Sequence record: HM452126.1 | Length of the DNA stretch: 24,000 nt | From: Aeromonas phage phiAS5 | Direction: 5' to 3' (one strand) | Shown: positions 9,164 through 15,446 of the stretch, piece after piece | Layout: every line of letters begins with the position of its first letter | Position numbering within the stretch: the first letter of the stretch is position 1 | Notes under the pieces: generated by a model | What the model was told of the DNA's origin: nothing | Seen by the model: the letters and a program-made list of their open reading frames with translations, nothing else | Database searches by the model: none | Program-made: the position numbers and the translations under genes

Positions 9164-9191
9164 ATTATACACGGCTGTTTGAAGATGTCAA
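9164..9191 (-). promoter_or_regulatory. Sigma70-like promoter for gp52-like gene: TTGACA-N16-TATAAT
   Basis: Both hexamers perfect. A 9-bp inverted repeat TTCAAACAG/CTGTTTGAA (9148-9156/9175-9183) brackets the -10. Confidence 0.8.
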
Positions 9192-9193
9192 CA

Positions 9194-9700
9194 TCAGGAT
9201 TTCAGACGACCAATAAAGTCATATTTGGTGCGAAGCTCGGTGATCATAGCGATACCGTTGTTTTTCGCGCTGTATTCTTCGATACCAAGCAGGTCGCGCA
9301 TTTGTGCGTAGGACACGAAGAACACTTGATGTTTTGCTTCTACCTCACGCCAAGCTTTTACGATACTGGCATCGGTGAAGATTTCGGTAGATCGCTTGCA
9401 CAAGTAATCGCCCAATGCTTTGTTTTGCTCGGTACGCGGATTATTCAAGCGACGCAGAACTTCCTTAAAGCCAGTTTTGCGTTTCTGAATACCGACGTGG
9501 TTTACGCTAACGATATCGCGCAGGCGAGCGTCATTAGTCGGGAAAGTAGCGATCAGATAGAAACCAGGAGTAGTCAGATCGTGATTCACAGGTACCCGAG
9601 CAATTTGGCCAGGAGTAAACTCCAGAATGCCAGTTTTGTTAGGGAACAGAGTACCGATATACAGTGCGTTTCCCATAAGGAGATTAGTATTCAATTTCAT
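9194..9700 (-). CDS. Hypothetical protein, 168 aa
   Basis: SD GAGG upstream of the ATG; a strong promoter precedes it. Confidence 0.75.
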   Translation of the reverse strand: MKLNTNLLMGNALYIGTLFPNKTGILEFTPGQIARVPVNHDLTTPGFYLIATFPTNDARLRDIVSVNHVGIQKRKTGFKEVLRRLNNPRTEQNKALGDYLCKRSTEIFTDASIVKAWREVEAKHQVFFVSYAQMRDLLGIEEYSAKNNGIAMITELRTKYDFIGRLKS

Positions 9701-9727
9701 TTCATTACCTCATTAAGTAGAGATCGA

Positions 9728-9756
9728 ATTATTACACACTAGCTAACGTGTGTCAA
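9728..9756 (-). promoter_or_regulatory. Sigma70-like promoter: TTGACA-N17-AATAAT with TG extension
   Basis: TTGACACACGTTAGCTAGTGTGTAATAAT; spacer contains ACACAC/GTGTGT inverted repeat. Confidence 0.75.
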
Positions 9757-9921
9757 CACTGCGGCATAGCCGCTAATTGTTACTATGTAACAAAAAGAGA
9801 AAATAAAATCTCTTATATATCTTATATGAGAATTTACTTTGTCTTTTCGTTAGAAATCAATATGTTAGCTTCGCAGTCGCTGGCGCGACATTTGGAGTTT
9901 AATTATTATACTATCTATTCA

Positions 9922-9992
9922 CCAAATCGATTTGGAGCGATTCCTTATCTAATTGATATCATCGCATAGACTATCGCTAGGAATCGCTCCAA
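9922..9992. repeat. Composite inverted-repeat element in intergenic region
   Basis: 14-bp palindrome CCAAATCGATTTGG (9922-9935) overlapping a perfect 13-bp IR TTGGAGCGATTCC (9932-9944) / GGAATCGCTCCAA (9980-9992), 35-nt loop. Confidence 0.8.
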
Positions 9993-10002
9993 TGTCTTCC
10001 TA

Positions 10003-10224
10003 TTAACAGGAGAAAGTCATATGATCATAACAGTATTGAATGATCTCTTGTTGACGTTTGTTATCCCAATAGAAGAAATCCTTATCGGTACCTCTGATTG
10101 AATCCGCCAGTTCCGTTGGCAAGTTGTTGAACAACGCTTGACCAAAACGGTATTGGTCGCTTGTCTCGCAAATGCTCTTGCGGATAAGATCATACATCTG
10201 CGGTACAGTGAGTTTCATTGTCAT
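10003..10224 (-). CDS. Hypothetical protein, 73 aa (start refined from 10248)
   Basis: SD GGAG 8 nt upstream of ATG 10224; the Nudix stop TGA lies 1 nt before it. Confidence 0.65.
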   Translation of the reverse strand: MTMKLTVPQMYDLIRKSICETSDQYRFGQALFNNLPTELADSIRGTDKDFFYWDNKRQQEIIQYCYDHMTFSC

Positions 10225-10225
10225 A

Positions 10226-10792
10226 TCAGTTGCTCCAGTCATAGTCAACGCCCAGAAAGTCGAATACTTCTACCAGTTCGGCTTTCACGGTACGAGCACA
10301 GTTGGCGTGCTTCATTTGTTTGATTGTCGGTGGTGTCAGATGCGCTACCGCGTTTCCGAAAGCTTCGATACGCGAGTGGGTCGCATCCATTGCCGAACGT
10401 TGCATGTCATACAGTGCTTCCTCAGAAACACGGCACATATACAGGTGGCAATGCATACCACTTTCAGGAATCTTGTGTGTGCAAAGATGCAGCAGATGAT
10501 CTGGATTCGGAGTGTATCCAATTTCTTCTTTGCATTCGCGCACCGCAGCTTCGATCAGGCTTTCGCCTTCATCTACCATACCACCCGGGAAGCCGAAACG
10601 AGAATCCCAACGAACATTCAGAAGGATTTTGTGTGCCCAAACGTGCTTCTTGTCTTCTGGGAAAGTCGGGTCGGTTGTATTGATATATGGCTGCACTTTG
10701 TCACAGTAGAAGCAGACAAACGCAGCATCCGATTTGCCACGTGCACCGCTTTCTACTTCAATGCAATCGACAAACGATTTAAATGATTTCAT
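10226..10792 (-). CDS. Nudix hydrolase, 188 aa
   Basis: Nudix box GGMVDEGESLIEAAVRECKEEIGY (GX5EX7REUXEEXGU). Confidence 0.9.
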   Translation of the reverse strand: MKSFKSFVDCIEVESGARGKSDAAFVCFYCDKVQPYINTTDPTFPEDKKHVWAHKILLNVRWDSRFGFPGGMVDEGESLIEAAVRECKEEIGYTPNPDHLLHLCTHKIPESGMHCHLYMCRVSEEALYDMQRSAMDATHSRIEAFGNAVAHLTPPTIKQMKHANCARTVKAELVEVFDFLGVDYDWSN

Positions 10793-10821
10793 TTTGTTTA
10801 CTCTCTTTGGTTGATGTGCTC

Positions 10822-10849
10822 AGTATACTGGTTCAGAATCACAAGTCAA
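10822..10849 (-). promoter_or_regulatory. Sigma70-like promoter: TTGACT-N16-TATACT
   Basis: Upstream of the Nudix gene, just after the rIIB terminator; -10 lies in a 10-bp palindrome CAGTATACTG. Confidence 0.65.
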
Positions 10850-10858
10850 CACTTTTTA

Positions 10859-10888
10859 AAATAAAAAAGCCACCCGAAGGTGGCTTTT
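10859..10888 (-). terminator. Rho-independent terminator after rIIB-like gene
   Basis: Minus: AAAAGCCACC-TTCG-GGTGGCTTTTTTATTTT. Confidence 0.9.
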
Positions 10889-10893
10889 GATGA

Positions 10894-12192
10894 TTAGTGC
10901 TTACCAAACTCTTTGGTAATGTCTTTCAGAACCTTGAACTCACAGCAACGCATTTTTGCGCCCTTGTAGTCTTTCGGAACTGCTACTACATGCTGAGGAT
11001 CAACTTGTACCAGCAGAATACGACCTTGACCACCGTGATAGTTCGGGATGTAGTGTCGAGCTGCTACGTGGAGACCGGCAGAACAAGTTGCGTCGGAGCT
11101 GTCACACTTAGCACGATCCAGTTTAACCGTTTCACCTACTTTGTTTGAAAGCTTACCGGTATAAAAGTCTTTATAATCGGTAGTGCAACGACGATAAGCA
11201 TGGACGAAACCGTCGGTGGTGATTTCGATGTCGTTGTGCTCAAGGAAGTCAAACAGGCCTTCGATTGCTTTCTTGTTCGGATTCAGCAGCAGTTTTTCGA
11301 GAAACGCTACCAGGTGACCGAACGGCTTACCATCGTGCATGTTGCTGATGATACGCTTTACAACAGAACCACCAATTTCCAGACCCTTATAAGTAACAAC
11401 ATCATTTTCTACCTTGAGTTGACCTTTAGCATAAGAGCTAACACCCTTAGCAACGTTGATCAGACCCAGAGCTTTCAGAACATCACCAGCGATACACAGA
11501 TCCAGAGCTTTGCGGAACTGTTCGTGACTGCTATCGGCAGTGTAAGTCTTACCGTCTGCCATGATGTTGATGAACTTGGTAGACGCGAACCACTTGAGTT
11601 CTTTCGGAGTCTCAACCGGTGCAACAGCCGGAGAACCAGGACGACGGGCTTTTACGCCTTTACGCTTGAGAACTTCACCAACAGTGCTTTCAGAGCAACC
11701 AACCAGGGATGCGACAGTCTTTTGGGACTTGTACTCACCGGTGGTATAGAGTTCGACGATTTTTGCGTCTCGCTCGTCAGCTCGTTTGTCTGCTTCGTGA
11801 AATCGAGCGCCCAGATGGGTGTCCTCTTTCTTCGGTACAACCGGAGCGGCTTTCGGAGCAACAACAGCAGGTTTAGCAACTGGTGCGGCTTTAGTTGCCG
11901 GAGCTACGTTACCACGAATTGCTTCGATGATCTTGCGAGCTTCGGATTCTTTGATATTCAGACGCTTGGCCAGAACAGTGCGACCCAGTTTGCCTTCCAG
12001 AATCTCTTTGCGCATAGCTTCGGTAACACCGTTGCTCGGCTGTTTTGCCTTAGCCAGTCGATCTTCTTCTTTTACGAGTTCGATCATTTTACGAGCTGCG
12101 GATTCGCCGATGTTCAGTTCGCGAGCCAGTACGCCACGACCCAGAGTGCCAGCCAGAATACGTGCTTTTTGTTGTTCAGTCAGTTTAGCCAT
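10894..12192 (-). CDS. rIIB: RIIB-like protein with extended HTH-containing N-terminus, 432 aa
   Basis: C-terminal half resembles RIIB (GFVHAYRRCTTDYKDFYTGKLSNKVGETV); HTH-like AKIVELYTTGEYKSQKTVASLVGCSESTVGEVLKR; adjacent to rIIA as in T4. Confidence 0.85.
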   Translation of the reverse strand: MAKLTEQQKARILAGTLGRGVLARELNIGESAARKMIELVKEEDRLAKAKQPSNGVTEAMRKEILEGKLGRTVLAKRLNIKESEARKIIEAIRGNVAPATKAAPVAKPAVVAPKAAPVVPKKEDTHLGARFHEADKRADERDAKIVELYTTGEYKSQKTVASLVGCSESTVGEVLKRKGVKARRPGSPAVAPVETPKELKWFASTKFINIMADGKTYTADSSHEQFRKALDLCIAGDVLKALGLINVAKGVSSYAKGQLKVENDVVTYKGLEIGGSVVKRIISNMHDGKPFGHLVAFLEKLLLNPNKKAIEGLFDFLEHNDIEITTDGFVHAYRRCTTDYKDFYTGKLSNKVGETVKLDRAKCDSSDATCSAGLHVAARHYIPNYHGGQGRILLVQVDPQHVVAVPKDYKGAKMRCCEFKVLKDITKEFGKH

Positions 12193-12193
12193 T

Positions 12194-12256
12194 TTACAGT
12201 TTCCTTTTCTTGTCAGGTTTGATTAGTTTAACGCTTTTGATTCTCATAATAAACAT
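12194..12256 (-). CDS. Possible 20-aa leader peptide MFIMRIKSVKLIKPDKKRKL
   Basis: AAGGAG 3 nt before ATG (short spacing); stop TAA 1 nt before the rIIB ATG. Confidence 0.3.
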   Translation of the reverse strand: MFIMRIKSVKLIKPDKKRKL

Positions 12257-12272
12257 TATCTCCTTCTCATAA

Positions 12273-12310
12273 CGTGCGGTCATTATCTCATATGAATGAC
12301 CGCACGTCAA
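12273..12310 (-). promoter_or_regulatory. Promoter TTGACG-N17-GATAAT (TG-extended) fully overlapped by perfect 12-bp inverted repeat
   Basis: CGTGCGGTCATT(12273-12284)-ATCTCATATG-AATGACCGCACG(12295-12306); -35 12305-12310, -10 12282-12287. Confidence 0.75.
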
Positions 12311-12313
12311 TAT

Positions 12314-14512
12314 TTATTTTACAGCAACTTGAACAATGTTTGTCGCAGTTGCATCTGGGATACTATATACGGAGTTGGTATAAGCGACGATCAGAGGGTT
12401 ATTCTTCTCGAACTCTTTTACCTTAACGTATGCGATATCATACGCTTTTCTTTCCAGTTCTGCAATAGCATCATGCAGACTTTTGCCGTTTGTCAGCTTG
12501 AGATCTGACATAGAATTCCGAGCACGACGCAAGAAATTACCGATCTCACTCACTTTGCCGTTATTACAGATCTGATCTACCAGCGGCTTGGTGATAACGT
12601 TGCTTTCGAGACGACCAACCCAACGTTCCATGACTTGCACACCAAAGTGGGTTTCGTCAACGGCATCGGCATGTTTCAGAACATCAAACTGGATAATATC
12701 CTGAGATACCTGAGTGATATTCTTGTTCTTCCATGCACGTTGGAAGTGCGTAGGCTTGAACATATAAACGGTTTTCTTCTCTACAGCAGCCCATTGAGAA
12801 ATCAGCTCAGAGCTATACAGATTCACGCTCTTCCAATCGCCAAACTTCTCTTTGGTCTTACCGGATTTCAGAGTCTCGATGGTAATTGTCGGAGTAACAT
12901 GACGCGGATTGCTCCACTCATAGCCCATCCAATAACAATCTTTCAGCTCGTCGATGTCTTCCACGTACATCTGTTTTTCTTTGTAGATGCCATTTTCGTA
13001 CACGACCACGTTAGTGGCTTTACCGGTACGCTTCTTGACTTCTACCAGACCCTTGTCCTTCATTTCTTTCAGAACATCGGCGCGAACTTTGGACAGAGTG
13101 ACAATCATTTTGTCCTTCATCCGAGTCGGCCAGTATCCCAGGTAATGAATCAAGTTTTCTTTGTACGCATCACCGATTGTACCACGTGATGGGTCTTTCT
13201 TGTCGATTGGCGTAGTGTTGGCTACGTCAAACACCAGTGCACCTTCGACTCGGAACTTGTTCAGACGATGCAGAGCCATCATAACTTCGCCAGCTCCGGA
13301 TTTCAAGTCGTTAATGATTACACGCTTGAAATTGGCATCAAATCCAACCATGTTGCTGGTATAGCGGATCTTGTTTTTGCGAACAGTGACACCAACGCTT
13401 GCATTCTGCAAATACACTTCCGTGTTCGGACGGGTATAGCTATTGAAATGCGCTTTCCACTGTTGGATAGTCTTGCCGTGGAACACACGATTTTCGATCA
13501 TTCGGCGCCATACGTCATGCGGCAGTCTGCCGTTGATTGACTTATACAGCTCGAATATGTCATTGGACTTATCAAAAATCTTGTCAATTTCCACATCATG
13601 AACTTTGTTCAGAATCTTGATTCGCTTGTCAATAGAAGCGATGGTATCAGGGTCCAAACTCAGTTCTTCGCGGCTCGGAGTCATATCAAGTTCACCGATT
13701 TCGAAGCGAACGTAATAAGACTTGTCTTTAGCAAACAGCCCGATCATGGTGTTGTTCCAGTATTCGCTCGGGATTGGGTAAACTACACCACCCATAACAG
13801 CGAACACACCGTTACCATGTTGTGAGCGAGTATTCCAGCCACCTTCTACCTTACAGATACCATCGGCATCGAAATCCAGGTAGTTGATTGTGATCGACTT
13901 ACCAACGAAACGAGGACGATATTTCTCGAAAGAGCAGAATACGCGGGCGGCTTCTTGTTCCCAAGTGTTCATGTCATTACTAACAGGTACGGTAACTTCA
14001 ACACCAGTCGGCTCGTTGCTTTCTTCTTCGAACATTTTCATGATGTTCGGCTCGCCGTTCTTCATGAATGCGCTGTAAATGCGCTTGAATCCGCCGTGCC
14101 AGGAAGTCACTGTGAACGTATCGGTATACGCAAACGGAGACTTACAACCAAGACCGAAACCACCGATTTCATCGTTACTGTTCGACTTGGTACTTGCAAA
14201 ATAAGTGCAGTACAGCCCGGTAACATCTTCCTCACTCAGACCAATACCGTAATCACGGACGCTGAATTGTTGGTTCAGTACACTCGGCAGAGTAACGTCG
14301 AAAGTAGTCTTAACATCTACCCCAGTGCGAGCCAGAGCGATATGACCGTCTACCGCGTTGCAACACAGTTCACGAATGATGGCGCGTTGCTTGTACTTAT
14401 ACAGAGAACTGGACAGAATCTTGAATGCTTTTGCACTAGCCAGAATTTTGAATCCAGAACTCATGTCCGCGGCGCTGCCGTAGATCTCGGTTTGTTCCTG
14501 ATGAATTTTCAT
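12314..14512 (-). CDS. rIIA: RIIA-like protein with GHKL ATPase N-terminus, 732 aa
   Basis: IIRELCCNAVDGHIALARTG, VRDYGIGLSEEDVTGLYCTYFASTKSNSNDEIGGFGLGCKSPFAYTDTFTVTS. Confidence 0.93.
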   Translation of the reverse strand: MKIHQEQTEIYGSAADMSSGFKILASAKAFKILSSSLYKYKQRAIIRELCCNAVDGHIALARTGVDVKTTFDVTLPSVLNQQFSVRDYGIGLSEEDVTGLYCTYFASTKSNSNDEIGGFGLGCKSPFAYTDTFTVTSWHGGFKRIYSAFMKNGEPNIMKMFEEESNEPTGVEVTVPVSNDMNTWEQEAARVFCSFEKYRPRFVGKSITINYLDFDADGICKVEGGWNTRSQHGNGVFAVMGGVVYPIPSEYWNNTMIGLFAKDKSYYVRFEIGELDMTPSREELSLDPDTIASIDKRIKILNKVHDVEIDKIFDKSNDIFELYKSINGRLPHDVWRRMIENRVFHGKTIQQWKAHFNSYTRPNTEVYLQNASVGVTVRKNKIRYTSNMVGFDANFKRVIINDLKSGAGEVMMALHRLNKFRVEGALVFDVANTTPIDKKDPSRGTIGDAYKENLIHYLGYWPTRMKDKMIVTLSKVRADVLKEMKDKGLVEVKKRTGKATNVVVYENGIYKEKQMYVEDIDELKDCYWMGYEWSNPRHVTPTITIETLKSGKTKEKFGDWKSVNLYSSELISQWAAVEKKTVYMFKPTHFQRAWKNKNITQVSQDIIQFDVLKHADAVDETHFGVQVMERWVGRLESNVITKPLVDQICNNGKVSEIGNFLRRARNSMSDLKLTNGKSLHDAIAELERKAYDIAYVKVKEFEKNNPLIVAYTNSVYSIPDATATNIVQVAVK

Positions 14513-14562
14513 TTACATATCTCATGGTTGGCATTATATATTCCTCACATACGTTACAATAA

Positions 14563-14595
14563 CTGGATAATACACGATGATTATCCAGTAGTCAA
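14563..14595 (-). promoter_or_regulatory. Promoter TTGACT-N17-TATTAT with 9-bp inverted repeat CTGGATAAT/ATTATCCAG
   Basis: IR arms 14563-14571 and 14580-14588 occupy the spacer and -10. Confidence 0.7.
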
Positions 14596-14602
14596 TTACT
14601 TT

Positions 14603-14914
14603 TTACAGGTATTCGTCGAACCAGCGTTCACCAAGCTCTTCCAGATCGACATCATAGCCGAAGATCAGACGAAGATTGGCAGTTTTATGTGTGATTTCTT
14701 TGGTTTCTACCAGAGATTCGCGCAACTTCTTGATCTCATTCTTGACGGAAGACAGAACCAGGATGTTGTTTTCCTTGCAATGCTCTTCCCATTCTCCGAA
14801 CTTCATATCGAAGAACTTGATAAACTTCTCACGAAGAAAAGTCATCTTGCCGATCTTGATACACGGTGTGATCTTCTTACCGATGTCTCCCAGATTCTTG
14901 GTCATGCTGTTCAT
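14603..14914 (-). CDS. Hypothetical protein, 103 aa
   Basis: ORF between the CYTH gene and the rIIA promoter. Confidence 0.7.
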   Translation of the reverse strand: MNSMTKNLGDIGKKITPCIKIGKMTFLREKFIKFFDMKFGEWEEHCKENNILVLSSVKNEIKKLRESLVETKEITHKTANLRLIFGYDVDLEELGERWFDEYL

Positions 14915-14916
14915 TA

Positions 14917-15387
14917 TTAAACCTTCTGTTTGATAGCGTTTTTAGCCATTCGACGATTAGCGTATTTCTTATCGCCGGTCACTTCTTTGCCGATCCAGTT
15001 GGGAAGAGGCAGAATTTCTTCTTTCTCATGGTTCAACTCGATTTCCGCAACTTGGAGTCCAGTATACGGGTAAGAGCTAAAGGTGTCAAGCTCAATTTTA
15101 TGTTTTCCGTGCTGATAAACATCGCGAATCTTTTCGAGGATGCCAGCGGGATTAGCATAGCGACGGGCGAACTCATAGACGAACTTGGGGATACGGGTCT
15201 CCAGTTCAATCTTGCTCATGCCTTTGCCGATCTTCATGTTCCAGTAATAAGACGTCAAACCCTCAACTTGCTTGCGGAATCGCAGCTTGCCGAAGTAAAA
15301 CTGAGTGATTGCAATACGACGAATCGGAATGTCATCGATGATCACATGCTCATTTCTCAGGAACTTACGTTCAATTTCGAGTAACAT
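14917..15387 (-). CDS. CYTH-domain (tripolyphosphatase/thiamine-triphosphatase-like) protein, 156 aa; start refined from 15573
   Basis: N-terminal MLLEIERKF (ExExK), LRFRK, AEIEL, WIGKEVTGDKKYANRRMA; SD AAGGAGAG upstream of ATG 15387. Confidence 0.85.
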   Translation of the reverse strand: MLLEIERKFLRNEHVIIDDIPIRRIAITQFYFGKLRFRKQVEGLTSYYWNMKIGKGMSKIELETRIPKFVYEFARRYANPAGILEKIRDVYQHGKHKIELDTFSSYPYTGLQVAEIELNHEKEEILPLPNWIGKEVTGDKKYANRRMAKNAIKQKV

Positions 15388-15411
15388 ATTTCTCTCCTTT
15401 GTAAAGCATAC

Positions 15412-15440
15412 AATATACGCTTTAAAAAGGAGGGTGTCAA
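15412..15440 (-). promoter_or_regulatory. Promoter TTGACA-N17-TATATT for CYTH gene
   Basis: -35 15435-15440 lies in the loop/upper stem of the terminator hairpin and contains the topoisomerase stop codon TGA. Confidence 0.7.
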
Positions 15441-15446
15441 CCCTCC
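15424..15446 (-). terminator. Rho-independent terminator after topoisomerase large subunit
   Basis: Minus: GGAGGGT-TGAC-ACCCTCC-TTTTT. Confidence 0.8.

Noticed and set aside
9041-9742. 233-aa plus-strand ORF and neighbouring 8497-9030 ORF
   Set aside because: Antisense to gp52-like and the 9194-9700 gene; crosses two strong minus promoters.
9748-9969. 73-aa plus-strand ORF in the intergenic region
   Set aside because: GTG start without SD; overlaps the minus promoter and structured repeats.
10172-10786. 204-aa plus-strand ORF opposite the Nudix gene
   Set aside because: Nudix box on the opposite strand is clear; this is a mirror frame.
11200-12222. 340-aa plus-strand ORF antisense to the rIIB-like gene
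   Set aside because: Fully covered by a strong minus-strand gene; composition looks like the reverse-complement of coding codons. No SD or recognised domain.
13955-14920. 321-aa plus-strand ORF antisense to rIIA
   Set aside because: Shadow ORF opposite a confidently identified gene; spans the rIIA promoter and a second gene.
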